Source: Dehalococcoidia bacterium
Lineage (GTDB): Bacteria > Chloroflexota > Dehalococcoidia > Lucifugimonadales > CATOSD01
Direction: 5' to 3'
NCBI GenBank assembly: GCA_965203135.1
Contig: CBDBBO010000001.1
Coordinates: 1,780,983 to 1,844,982, forward strand
DNA length: 64,000 nt
The position numbers were made by a program, and so were the translations under genes. Positions 10,314-20,600 of this stretch are shown here, piece by piece (within the stretch, counting starts at the first letter, position 1; the number at the start of each line of letters is the position of its first letter). Below the pieces are notes generated by a model, which saw nothing but the letters and a program-made list of their open reading frames with translations, was not told where the DNA came from and searched no databases.

Positions 10314-10630
10314 CGTTTGCTCGCGCCATACAAGTAGTGGTCAATGTTCTCAATGAAGTCGTCAGGGAATTGATCCTTTATCTCGTGAGGAATCCTCTCG
10401 GCGAAGTCGTCCAGAATCTCGTACAGCGTGCGATCCATACGGTCAGACGTGCCGCTCTTGTGGTGTCCGGCGCATTCGACGCGACTTTGAGTCTGCTTGA
10501 CATTCACCACCTGCTGAGGCATTTCGGCAGCGTCAGCGCTTGCGCCGCTAGTAGGGCTAACGTCGTGGGTGTCGGCGCCACCGGATTGATTGTCCATATC
10601 CTGTTCAGTGACTTTCTCCGTGTGTTCCAT
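10295..10630 (-). CDS. Putative antitoxin partner of the PIN toxin
   Basis: Overlaps PIN start; C-terminal PDDFIENIDHYLYG motif is seen in PIN-associated antitoxins; GAGGAG RBS. Confidence 0.7.
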   Translation of the reverse strand: MEHTEKVTEQDMDNQSGGADTHDVSPTSGASADAAEMPQQVVNVKQTQSRVECAGHHKSGTSDRMDRTLYEILDDFAERIPHEIKDQFPDDFIENIDHYLYGASKRWPPSS

Positions 10631-10640
10631 CAGCGTCTCC

Positions 10641-10724
10641 TCACTGTTGGCCCGGTCGTCTCGACGATGCCGCGCTGCCGGTGCCGTCGACAATCGTCCC
10701 CTTCTGAATCAGCAGGTCGTACAT
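10641..10724 (-). pseudogene. Truncated duplicate of the D-aminoacylase 5' end
   Basis: AGGAGG RBS then MYDLLIQKGTIVDGTGSAA followed by an early stop, versus MYDLLIQNGRIIDGTGSAA at 9805. Confidence 0.8.
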
Positions 10725-10865
10725 GGTGCAGGCCTCCTGGGCTACTGGGGCTTTCTGATCCGTGGGTGTGAACGGAGAGCGTGTGTGCGACGCCTGCCGG
10801 GCCGACTCGATGCCCGGACCGGTGCGGCCAAGTATAACGCAAGCGGCATCAGTGGTGCGTCGACG

Positions 10866-11588
10866 CTACGCCGGTGGCCTAACTGAGACCTCCACCACCA
10901 CCCCAAAGTGGTCCGACAGCCGCCTCTCACCGTCGAAGTTGCCGATGGCTCCCACGCTCTCCGCCGCCAAGTCACCGCTCAGCACAACATGGTCAATGCT
11001 CTTCCGCCCCCGGTATGCCAGCTCGGACGTGACGATTGTCATGTCCGATGGGAAGGCTCCCTGTAGCGCCGCGCGTAGCCTAACGGGCGCGTGAGCGCCC
11101 GTGCCGATTCGCTGGTTGAAGTCTCCCATCACTATCAGGCGCTTTGGCGTGACGCGCCCCAGGTATTCAGTGAGACAGGCCAGCGACAACTCGTGGTCCC
11201 CCCACCGCTCCCTGCGCTCCGCCCCACGCTTGGCCTCTGTCCGCGAGCCGAACCACGGTATGCAGATCCCGATGACCGTGACCTCACCCAGCGACGTCTG
11301 TGTCACGCCGGAAATGAACCGACCGGGCGGCATGAACTCCATTCCAAGATCGTCGACCTCTTCCCACGCCTCTCTCGACCACAGCATGGTCTTCCGTCTG
11401 TTCCCTGTATTCGCGTACCCGTAATCGGCCCGCGCGCAGATGGTGTGCCCGTTGCCCGCAAGCAGCCGGTAGTCCGTTTCCGTAAGGCAGACGACCTCGG
11501 GCGCGTGTAGGTCGAGCCGGCGCAGGATTTCTCCGGTGCGTCCCGACCAGGGCGTCGCCCACTGCACGTTCCAGTTAACCACCCTCAC
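10866..11588 (-). CDS. Endonuclease/exonuclease/phosphatase family protein
   Basis: NWNV, LTE, MGDFN, IDH, SDH motifs. Confidence 0.9.
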   Translation of the reverse strand: MRVVNWNVQWATPWSGRTGEILRRLDLHAPEVVCLTETDYRLLAGNGHTICARADYGYANTGNRRKTMLWSREAWEEVDDLGMEFMPPGRFISGVTQTSLGEVTVIGICIPWFGSRTEAKRGAERRERWGDHELSLACLTEYLGRVTPKRLIVMGDFNQRIGTGAHAPVRLRAALQGAFPSDMTIVTSELAYRGRKSIDHVVLSGDLAAESVGAIGNFDGERRLSDHFGVVVEVSVRPPA

Positions 11589-11600
11589 GGCGCGACCCCT

Positions 11601-12113
11601 TCACCCGCCACCCCCCTGACCCCCCGCCCCAAACCGCCACCGCGTCGCGTCCTCGAAAAACACCTTCCACGCATACGCAACGTCAGGCTCGAACACCAAC
11701 ACCTCCTGGCCCTCGTAATCATCGACCGTCTGGCCGTGGCTCTCGTCGTACTTGGCGCGCGACATCTCCAAAAGACGCTCCGCGAGCGCCCGGTCGGTGC
11801 GCATAACCGTCACGGTCCCGTGCAGAATCACCGCCTTTTCGCCATCTTCCAGGTTCACGCAAGCCCGGGGATTCCGTTCCAGGTTGCGACGCCAGCCAGC
11901 CTCTGAGCCGCCCCCGAAATACAGCCGGCCGTCGAGCCAGAAGCCGTCTATGGGCCGCGTGTGCGGCGCGCCGCTCGGAGTGACGGTGGAAAGCCAGTAG
12001 TGCTTGGCCTCTGCCAGCCTGTCGTCCACATACAACCAGGACAGAAGCCTCTCCGTGTCCGCTGGAACGCCGTACTCCTCCGGTAATCGCGGGCGGCTGG
12101 CGACAGGTTCCAT
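11601..12113 (-). CDS. Pyridoxamine 5'-phosphate oxidase-like (flavin/F420-binding) protein
   Basis: WLSTVTPSGAPHTRPI...RNLERNP split-barrel signature. Confidence 0.85.
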   Translation of the reverse strand: MEPVASRPRLPEEYGVPADTERLLSWLYVDDRLAEAKHYWLSTVTPSGAPHTRPIDGFWLDGRLYFGGGSEAGWRRNLERNPRACVNLEDGEKAVILHGTVTVMRTDRALAERLLEMSRAKYDESHGQTVDDYEGQEVLVFEPDVAYAWKVFFEDATRWRFGAGGQGGGG

Positions 12114-12204
12114 ATCTGCCTCATTTCGCTTACTCTGGCGGGTGGCGCCTTCCATCCTATCACCCGCCGGCCGGCGGAGCACCAAAGCAGTTTTCCCCAC
12201 GGTC

Positions 12205-12432
12205 TTGCCTTCTCAGTACATCCGTGCTACCGTCAATGCATGACTCACCCGAACCGCCATTCGCCAGCCCACTCCGCCACTACGGCTGGGACACTCCAAG
12301 GGCTGTCCCATGTCGGTCGCAGTTTCGGCTTTTTCGGCGCCGACACCACCTTTTCGGCGGCCCGTTACGGCTTAACCCGCCAATGCAGCCAGCTACGAAA
12401 TGGAACAAAATGCAACGGAATGAAACACTTTT
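12205..12432 (+). repeat. Dispersed promoter/operator + CCAGCTACG module, copy 1
   Basis: TTGCCT-N17-TACCGT with AGTAC-ATCC-GTGCT box; CCAGCTACG at 12389 followed by three 10-mers. Confidence 0.7.
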
Positions 12433-12526
12433 GCCCAAAATCCCCGTCGGCACGGACGGCATGTGGCCCCACCTCCGGCGCCGTTCCGGCCTAGTTCTGG
12501 CTTATGCCGACGAGAAGATGGCTCCC

Positions 12527-12838
12527 CTAGCGAAACGTCACATCGAGCGCGCGCTCGAGGTTGCCCAGGTACTCGCTGAAGGCCAGCCGTCCCTCCGGCG
12601 TCGCCTCCACCCACGTCCGGGGCTTCGAATCCACGAACTCCTTGGCCGTGCTCACGTAACCGGCGTCTGCCAGCTTGCGCAAGTGAATGGTGAGATTCCC
12701 GCCCGTCAGCCCCAACGTCCTCTGGATAAACCCATACGCCACCCGGTCCGACTCGGACCGCGACACCAGCAGCGTCATTATGCGCAGCCGCGTGGACTGG
12801 TGGATCGTCTCGTTGAGAACGACCGCCTCCGTGCTCAT
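12527..12838 (-). CDS. Winged-helix transcriptional regulator (HTH_34/MarR-like)
   Basis: IHQSTRLRIM...LTGGNLTIHLRKLADAGYV...KPRTW. Confidence 0.9.
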   Translation of the reverse strand: MSTEAVVLNETIHQSTRLRIMTLLVSRSESDRVAYGFIQRTLGLTGGNLTIHLRKLADAGYVSTAKEFVDSKPRTWVEATPEGRLAFSEYLGNLERALDVTFR

Positions 12839-13471
12839 GCTACGCCGCTCTTCCGTGTCCACGCCCACGCGACTGCCACGACCGCAACGATCAGCGCCGC
12901 AGACAACACCGGCGCGGCATCGCCGGCGAAGTGTGCGGGCAGGTAGAAGGCAACCGCGATGCCAACGCCTACCAGGGCGATGGCCGGGTGGTGCAATATG
13001 CCGAACAGCACGTATCCCAGCGCGATTATGCCGACGCCCGTTCCGGCGATGCCCACCGGATCGAGGTCTGATGTCCACAAGCCGGACGCCGCGGGAATCA
13101 CGAATGCGGCCGCCACCACCGCCATCCAGAACCCGAAGACGCGCAGACCCGCAGCCGTAGCAGACGGTCCGCTCGCGTTCCTCTTGCTGGCCCGGTGGCC
13201 GATGATCGAGCTTGCGATCATGCCCGGGACTCCCAGGCCGAGCCACAGCGGCCCCGGATACCACGGGTACTCGGCGGCAAAATCGGACGCCCATGTTCCG
13301 ACCGCGTACATCGAAACGTACCCCACCGCCACGATGGCCCCCCACAACAGCATGATGCTGCCTCCAGCCCGCCATGTACATGGAACTGCGCGACCTGTCC
13401 AGCGTCGCGTGTATCGACGCCAGTCCCTGGTCCGCGCTGATACGCTGCTCCTCGTCTTCTCGGTTCCTCAT
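12835..13471 (-). CDS. Integral membrane protein, apparent frameshift near 13362
   Basis: MRNREDEE...SMYMAGW joins IMLLWGAIV... if one base is removed from TGGAGGCAGC; about 6 TM segments; translationally coupled to the regulator. Confidence 0.75.
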
Positions 13472-13491
13472 GCTGGCCCTCCTTTCCGCAA

Positions 13492-13516
13492 TGCAAACTA
13501 GTTTGTATTGTAAACT
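13492..13516. promoter_or_regulatory. Putative autoregulatory operator
   Basis: CAAACTAGTTTG and AGTTT-N7-AAACT palindromes just upstream of the membrane protein/wHTH operon. Confidence 0.5.
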
Positions 13517-13636
13517 ACTTCCGCACACTTGTCAAGAGCCACGCCCTGCCGTAACCCGTCAAGCTATTGTGGCACGACTCACGACCAGGAGATGAACAAC
13601 ATTCGTTGGCGAAGAAGGCTCACCACGCCTTCGGTG

Positions 13637-14038
13637 TTACTCAGCGGCGTAGCCCATGATGAGGTCGCGCAGAGTCACCATACCGATGGCGTTGCGGTGA
13701 TGGTCGACGACCACAGCACGGGAGAGATCGAGGCGTACGAGAAGGCGGACGGCGTACCTGGCGAGCATGTCTTCGGGCAGTGTCAACAGCGGCTTGGACA
13801 TGACCTCGTAGACGTTGACACGCTCCGGCGCGCGGTTGTCGGCGATTACGCCGCGCGCGATGTCGGCGACCACGACGAGGCCCAGTTCGTCGTTCTCGTT
13901 GCGCCGGTTGACTACGAGCGAACTGACCCGGTGCTGCTTCATCAGCGCCATCGCGTCGGCGACGGTGTCCAGCCCGTCGATCGTGTGCAACTCTTCGACC
14001 ATGAGGTCTCTCACCCTGATGGAGTTATGTCTTGTCAT
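13637..14038 (-). CDS. CBS domain protein
   Basis: Tandem CBS pair (VRDLM...VYEVMSKP). Confidence 0.9.
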   Translation of the reverse strand: MTRHNSIRVRDLMVEELHTIDGLDTVADAMALMKQHRVSSLVVNRRNENDELGLVVVADIARGVIADNRAPERVNVYEVMSKPLLTLPEDMLARYAVRLLVRLDLSRAVVVDHHRNAIGMVTLRDLIMGYAAE

Positions 14039-14385
14039 ATATCGGACTCCAACTCCTCCAGAATTGCGGGCAACTGCGTGCTAAGTCCCACGGCATCCTC
14101 TATGGGTACTTGAAAGGCGATTCCGGCCCCCGGCTCGGAGTCCAGGCCTCCCGCGTCGCGGATGCGCTCAAGGATTTCACGGGCACGGGTCTCCACCACG
14201 AGGAACAGCACGACGTCACGCTTGGCGGCGAGCTCGAGGCCGAAGAAGGTCTTCTCCGGCCTCAGGCCCTCGCCCCGCACGCTGGTTATGACCGTGTCAC
14301 CGGTCGCGCCGGCCGCCCGCGCGGCTTCTACCACGGCGTCGGTCTTGTAGTCGCTCACCAGGGCAACAATCAACTTTAGTCTCAC
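14035..14385 (-). CDS. P-II-like regulatory protein
   Basis: LKLIVALV, AGATGDT, RGEG, GIAFQVPIEDAVGL. Confidence 0.88.
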   Translation of the reverse strand: MRLKLIVALVSDYKTDAVVEAARAAGATGDTVITSVRGEGLRPEKTFFGLELAAKRDVVLFLVVETRAREILERIRDAGGLDSEPGAGIAFQVPIEDAVGLSTQLPAILEELESDI

Positions 14386-14388
14386 GGC

Positions 14389-15177
14389 TCAAGCCTCCTC
14401 GGGAAGTTCTGACTTCCGCCTGCGGCTCAACCAGGACGCGGCAATAGAGTATCCCAGCACGGACATGATTGGGAAGACGCTGGCGAAAGCGATGAGTCCG
14501 AATCCGTCGATCAGCGGGCTCCGTCCCGGAACGCTCGCTGCAAGGCCCAGTCCAAGGGCCGCGACCACGGGCACGGTGACGGTCGAAGTGGTGACGCCGC
14601 CGCTGTCGTAGGCGAGCGGCACGATGGTCCTGCCTGCCCGGAACGTCAGCAATATGACGACGAAGTAGGAACCGATGATGTACCAAGGGAGGGGAGTGCC
14701 GGTGACGATGCGGAAGCAGCCCAGCGCCACGCCCACGGCGACGCCGATGGCCACTGCGATTCTCAGTCCCCAGGCGTGTACGGCTCCGCCCGAAGCCTCG
14801 CGGGCCTTTATCGCCACCGCGACGAGGGAAGGCTCAGCCACGGTCGTCGCGAAGCCGATGGCGGCGGCGAAAGCGTAGACGGGCAGGTAGTCGTGCCAGT
14901 CGATGCCGTCAGCCAGATTCTCCGCACCAATGGTCTCAGGAGCGGTGAGTTGGCTCGCCATGGTCTTGCCAATCGGGAAGAGCGCGTTCTCCAAGCCTAT
15001 CAGAAACAGGGCAAGTCCCAGCAGGACGAGGACGGATCCGGCAGCTATTCGACGCAGGTTGGGCGGCTTGCGACGCAGAACGACGAGTTGAAACAGGAGA
15101 ATGATGACGAAGATGGGCGCGACGTCGAGGACAGTGGAGAGCAAGGCATCGACGAAGGCGCGTGGAAAGTCGGTCAT
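14389..15177 (-). CDS. DUF1538 membrane protein
   Basis: [32 protein letters not shown]. Confidence 0.9.
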   Translation of the reverse strand: MTDFPRAFVDALLSTVLDVAPIFVIILLFQLVVLRRKPPNLRRIAAGSVLVLLGLALFLIGLENALFPIGKTMASQLTAPETIGAENLADGIDWHDYLPVYAFAAAIGFATTVAEPSLVAVAIKAREASGGAVHAWGLRIAVAIGVAVGVALGCFRIVTGTPLPWYIIGSYFVVILLTFRAGRTIVPLAYDSGGVTTSTVTVPVVAALGLGLAASVPGRSPLIDGFGLIAFASVFPIMSVLGYSIAASWLSRRRKSELPEEA

Positions 15178-15911
15178 GAGGCCACCATCCCGTAGGCGAG
15201 GACGCAGACCATGGGTGTGAGGCTGGCGAATGCTATGAGGCCGAAGCCGTCGACCATGGGGTTGCGTCCGCGGATGGACGTGGCGAGTCCAACGCCGAGC
15301 GCCGTCACGAGCGGCACCGTTATGGTGCTGGTGGTCACGCCACCGGAGTCGTAGGCCACTCCGACGATTTCTGCCGGGGCGAAGGCGGTCATGGCGGTCA
15401 CCAGCAAGTATCCCCCGATGATGAGCATGTGGATGGGCCAGCCCTTGAGGATGCGCAGTATGCCCAGCACGATGGCGGCGCCCACGGATACGGCCACGAC
15501 CATCCGCAGTTCCAAAGCGTAGGAGGTGCGGGCGCGGTCGTCATCGACGATGGCGCCGGCTTCCGCGGCAACGTCGGCGGCCTCGGCTGCGACGGCGATC
15601 AGAGCCGGCTCGGCTATAGTAGTGCCGAAGCCCAAGCAGAAGCCGAATGCAAGCAGCATGGTTACACTGCCCTTCTGGGCGAATGCCTGCGCGAGCGCCT
15701 CGCCCAAGGGGAAGAGCCCGCTTTCGAGTCCCTGGATGAAAAGCGTCAGCCCGACGATTACGCAGAACAGTCCTATGAGCACGCTCAGCAATTCAGGAAA
15801 AGGCTGACGGAGCACCACAATCTGGAAGAACGCGATGACGAGAATGATGGGTGCCAGATCGCGCAGCGCGTTAAGGGTCAACTGCAGCACTGCAATCAGG
15901 AACCGGGTCAC
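15174..15911 (-). CDS. DUF1538 membrane protein
   Basis: [32 protein letters not shown]; paralog of its neighbour. Confidence 0.9.
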   Translation of the reverse strand: MTRFLIAVLQLTLNALRDLAPIILVIAFFQIVVLRQPFPELLSVLIGLFCVIVGLTLFIQGLESGLFPLGEALAQAFAQKGSVTMLLAFGFCLGFGTTIAEPALIAVAAEAADVAAEAGAIVDDDRARTSYALELRMVVAVSVGAAIVLGILRILKGWPIHMLIIGGYLLVTAMTAFAPAEIVGVAYDSGGVTTSTITVPLVTALGVGLATSIRGRNPMVDGFGLIAFASLTPMVCVLAYGMVAS

Positions 15912-16120
15912 GCCTTCTTACCCCACCTCTGAGTTCGGGCCGGCCCGATACAGCGAATATACCGGGCATCGTCGAGTCGTTCAAGCGAGGGGAGCCAAGG
16001 GGTTCCATTTGTATGCCAAGTTTCCAGGATCCGACAATTCCAGCTTAGCCGGTTCCATGTCTTCACCCACTCCTGCAAATGGCTGGAGATGTGGTTCCCG
16101 CCAACCTGGGGAATCGCCCC

Positions 16121-16150
16121 TTGACATGCAACCCTATGGTTGCGTATAGT
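16121..16150 (+). promoter_or_regulatory. sigma70 promoter with ArsR-type operator
   Basis: TTGACA-N18-TATAGT enclosing palindrome GCAACC-N4-GGTTGC. Confidence 0.75.
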
Positions 16151-16158
16151 ATGCGGGC

Positions 16159-16431
16159 ATGCACACAGACCTAGTCTTCAATGCACTCGCGGACCCAACA
16201 CGAAGGTTGATGCTGGACGAGCTCTCTGAGCGCAACGAGCAGACGCTCTACGAGCTCACAGCGCGCTTGATCATGCGGCATGAAGTCGCCATCTCCCGAC
16301 AGGCCCTGGCCAAGCACATTGATCTGCTGGAAAAAGCAGGGCTCGTAAGCTCAGAGAAACGTGGCAAGTATCGGATGCTTGTCTTCAACGATGAACCACT
16401 CAAGGCTGTCATGGATCGATGGCTCAAATAA
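16159..16431 (+). CDS. ArsR-family transcriptional regulator
   Basis: FNALADPTRR, SRQALAKHIDLLEKAGLV. Confidence 0.9.
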   Translation: MHTDLVFNALADPTRRLMLDELSERNEQTLYELTARLIMRHEVAISRQALAKHIDLLEKAGLVSSEKRGKYRMLVFNDEPLKAVMDRWLK

Positions 16432-16458
16432 CACTATGAAAAGAAAAGGAGACCAGAA

Positions 16459-16842
16459 ATGCGCATCACACTCACCGGCGTTTTCGTAAGTGACCAGGAC
16501 GAAGCTCTGAGGTTCTACACGGAGACCCTCGGCTTTTTGAAGAAGCATGACGTCCCCGTGGGGGAATTCAAGTGGCTTACCGTCGTCTCGCCCGATGACC
16601 CGGATGGGACCGAGCTTCTGCTCGAACCAAACGAAAACCCGGTAGCACAGACATATCAGAAAGGGCTATTTGACCAGGGCATCCCAGCGGCGTCCTTTAG
16701 CGTTACGGACATCCGCGCAGAACATGAGAAACTGAAGTCACTGGGCGTGGCCTTCACGATGGAGCCAACAGAATTGGCCAACGTCACTGTCGCGGTCTTC
16801 GACGACACCTGCGGCAACCTGATCCAGCTAATGCAGACGTAA
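16459..16842 (+). CDS. VOC/glyoxalase family protein
   Basis: ALRFYTETLGF, ELLLEP, FDDTCGNLIQL. Confidence 0.92.
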   Translation: MRITLTGVFVSDQDEALRFYTETLGFLKKHDVPVGEFKWLTVVSPDDPDGTELLLEPNENPVAQTYQKGLFDQGIPAASFSVTDIRAEHEKLKSLGVAFTMEPTELANVTVAVFDDTCGNLIQLMQT

Positions 16843-17097
16843 CCACGATCGACCAGGCTGCCCTGTTTGGGTCGCGGGCGCAGCCTGGTCCGTCAGGCAC
16901 TTGGTAGGCCGTGTAAGACCGAATTGCGAACTTTCCGGTGGGAGGTGACGCTATGGGCCGGAGCGCTTGAACTCGCTCATCGCCCCGACCCATTCTATGG
17001 CACGACTGTGATCTGATGCCAGGAGACCATCGCGGCCTATGCCGACACATGAACGAATTCATCCGACGCGGGGCTTTCACCGAGTCAGTCCCATGCA

Positions 17098-17631
17098 TCA
17101 CTGAACACTGAGGAGTGTAAGAACTGCCAGAACGACCAGTCCCACCAGGCTTAACAGTCCCAGCGCTCCGATCCACTTCAAGACCCTGACGTCTTTCGCG
17201 TGGCGTTCCGCCTGTCGGGCTTCCTGCGCCGTCATCTGCTGCCGGGTTGCATCTTGGCTCGTGATTATCGTTTGCTCGATAGCCTCAGCCCGTTGGGACA
17301 CTGATTCAGTGAGTTTGGTTGAGCTATCTTCGATCGCCGCTCTAGTCGACATTTCTGATTCCTGAATGGCAGACGTGATGGCCGCGGGTTCCAGGCGCAT
17401 CATGACGTCGACAGCTCGTTCCAACGCTTTCACCGTCAGGTCGAGTGACTCTTGTGCCGCCCGGGCCGATGCCGTCAATTCCGACACGCGGGAGCTGGTA
17501 TGGGAAAGTTGACCATTTGCATCGCGTAAGGATTCCTCTAGGCCCACTATTTCATCGAGTCTCAATCGTAGGCTGGCCAGGTCTCCCGTGGTCGCATCAA
17601 GTTTGCCCCGCAAGTCATCGGCTAAGCTCAC
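17098..17631 (-). CDS. Coiled-coil protein with C-terminal TM anchor
   Basis: Heptad-rich body, hydrophobic C-terminus; overlaps the helicase stop by 4 nt. Confidence 0.75.
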   Translation of the reverse strand: MSLADDLRGKLDATTGDLASLRLRLDEIVGLEESLRDANGQLSHTSSRVSELTASARAAQESLDLTVKALERAVDVMMRLEPAAITSAIQESEMSTRAAIEDSSTKLTESVSQRAEAIEQTIITSQDATRQQMTAQEARQAERHAKDVRVLKWIGALGLLSLVGLVVLAVLTLLSVQ

Positions 17632-20600
17632 TCTCTGTATCCTCCCAACAGTTCCGTTACGTGCGGGTGGTTGTATCGCTGGACGACCGTCTCAGTGACA
17701 TCAGTCAAGAGCTCGACGCCCTTGCGTACATCGTAGACATTGAGAATTAACCTCACGTCATCTTGGATTCTGGGTTGTAGCTCAGGCAACCGTTCTTCAG
17801 TGACATCGGCGCAGAAAGCAAACTCAGGGCCAGCGTCTCCCACATCACACAAAGCCATTGCCAGAGGGACTCCCAACTCAACCCCACGCACAGGCATCTG
17901 GGCGAGGTCGTACAACTTGTTGAGCATTTCCCTAGTATCATTCTCGGGTATGCCCTTCCTCGCACACTCCTTGACGGCAGCTTCAATACCGTCCGCGGTG
18001 GCTCTGTCATTGTGGTCGTGGCACATAGCCTCTGCTGCTGCCCGAACGAATAGGAGCCCGGGGTGGTCCGCGGCGGACTCCAATGCGCGAATGGACAAGC
18101 CTCGCAACTCACCTGCATCCACCGGAGTTTGCACGGCCTCGACTAGCTCCCACCACTCTGCAAGCTGGACATCTTGCTGCTCCAAGAGCCGACCGATTCG
18201 CTCAGCCCCCAAGCCCTCTTGGAGGTAGTCCATCAGGCGCGTCCTGATTTCGGCATCGCTTAGGGCCGATCGAGCCAGCAACACCGATTCCTGGATTGCG
18301 CGTCTGCGTGACCGTTCTATCACGTCGTACGTGAATTCTATCAACAGTCTGGCCAGCGCAAGGGCGTCACTGTGCGGCCCTCTTGTGACTATTGCATCCA
18401 GTTTCTCCCTAAATTCGTTGCTTCTGTGAGGTTGGGCTGCCTGGACATAGTCAAGGAGCTTCTGGCGACACTGCTGAAAGTTGAAGGGTTCGGTTTGGAC
18501 AGTCAGGCGCGCCGACCCGAAATCCACTTCATAATCACGCAGTACGCCCACCCTCAATAGACGAACAACGGCGTGCTCCTTCCGGCGCTTGTCGTCATCG
18601 CCATCATATGCCAACTGGTACCGCTGAGATGACGTCAGGTCACTGAACTCTCTGAGAACACTCTCCACTAATTGGATCTCGTCCTCCGACCCGCTGAATG
18701 TATTGAGGTGAAACCACATGGCACTGGTGACATCGTCACCTATCGACCGATCGCGATCCGCCGCCCTGAAGCGTCCTTTCAGTTCTTCAAGGTCCACGTT
18801 CGGATCTACTAGGCTATCCGAACGGTCTGCGTCGTATTCAGTGAAGACCACAACGCAGTGGGCGGGCTGTTGATCGCGTCCCGCGCGTCCCGCCTCCTGA
18901 TAGAAACTCTCCAGCGAGTCCGGCATCCCGTAGTGAACTATGTACCGGATGTTCGGTTTGTCTATGCCCATCCCGAAGGCCTTTGTCGCCACCAACATAG
19001 GCGCTTCGTTACCTTTGAAATCGGACGCATTCTCCCGCTTATCGCGCTCCCAACTGCTGCGGTCGTAGCCTCGAGGTGCTCTGCCGGAATATATGACTGG
19101 ATCAACTCCGGTCGTCTTCCGCACTTCCTCTCTTGTGGCAATCAGTCCCGTAAAGCGGGCGTTAACCGTCCGGGTAAAGACAACGCCAGAGGCAGTTTTC
19201 CGACCATTTGGCCTGTAGAACTGTCCGCTGCCCGTACCGAACCGGCCGGGCATGCCGTTCAAGACGCCCCGCAAAGAGGCTTGGGCCTCCTGAGCGACTG
19301 TCGCCCGTCTGATATCGAAGTTAAGCTCCTTACGATCAAACGATTCTGGTCGAATCAACGCGCTGTCGTCCGATTGATCGATTCCAAGGTCCGTAAGCAT
19401 ATCCCTCAACACCGCACGGGAGGCAGTTCCCGTTAAGGCGAGCAAGGGTGGAGGGTTATCTGTCGAATCAGCGGCAAACCGCCGCAGGTTGTTGGCGAGG
19501 TTGAGATATGCAGGTCTGAAGTCATGACCCCACTCAGATACGCAGTGGGCCTCGTCAATCACCGCCAGATTCACTAACGAGATTTCCCGAAGTGCTTGGA
19601 GCGTGCCTCTGAACTCCGGAGTTTGCAGTCTTTCGGGCGAGTGCAGGACGAATTGGTACTCCCCACGCTCGATCTGCCGCAGCAGCCGCCCTCGCTCGTC
19701 TCGGCCGGCCATTGAGGACACGATTCCCACAGCACGCCCGATTCCATGCGCCTGCAGGCCGAGGACCTGGTCCTCGATTAGGGCGACAATGGGATCCACC
19801 ACGATCGTTATGCCGGGCATCAACAGACCTGCAAGCTGGTACACGATGCTCTTTCCCGCACCAGTTGGAAGGAGCACAACGGTATCGTTATGTCGGAGGG
19901 TGTTGTACACTGCCTCGCCCTGCTGTTGCCGAAACTCGTACTTTCTGAAGATGGTGCGTAGCAGTGTTGTGAGAGCCGGCTCCGCTTGGTCAAAGCTCTC
20001 CGTTGAAATAGGCTGGCGAACGCGTTCGAAGTGTTGCTGGACACTCAGGTTCACGGGTAGGAACGCCGGGCGGATGATGATGTCCCACGCATCGGACTCA
20101 ATCTCGTTGAAGGCACTTGAGCCTCGCTGGACGAGTATGCTGATGCGGTCACCCTTAGCCTCGGGCCCATCGTCATTCTTCCATTCTCCGTCGGCGAAAA
20201 CCCATGTGATTGGTGCCCCTCCGTCGTCCCTGACTGTGCAACGCGTTGGAACAGTACGCCCGCCGTAAAGCACGTCGAAGCAACTAAGGAGTCGAAGAGC
20301 GTCAAGCACCCCTGCCCTCTGGACCTCTCCAGTACCCGAGAGATTGATCTCCCATTCGTTATCCACCAGCCAACCGGCATGGATAGCGCGGGCGATGGCA
20401 AATTGAATCTTGGAAGCGAGGGAACAGTCGACGGCTAGTCTCGCCATGGGATTCTTGGAACCACCCACATCGGGTAAGACGTCGGCCGCATCGAATCTCT
20501 TCTTAATCTTGTTGAGCTGGGGGCCATCACCAGCTTCTACTTCCGCATTCGTTACGCGCATCACATCGATTCCCATGGAGCGCAGTTGCTTGTCACGTTC

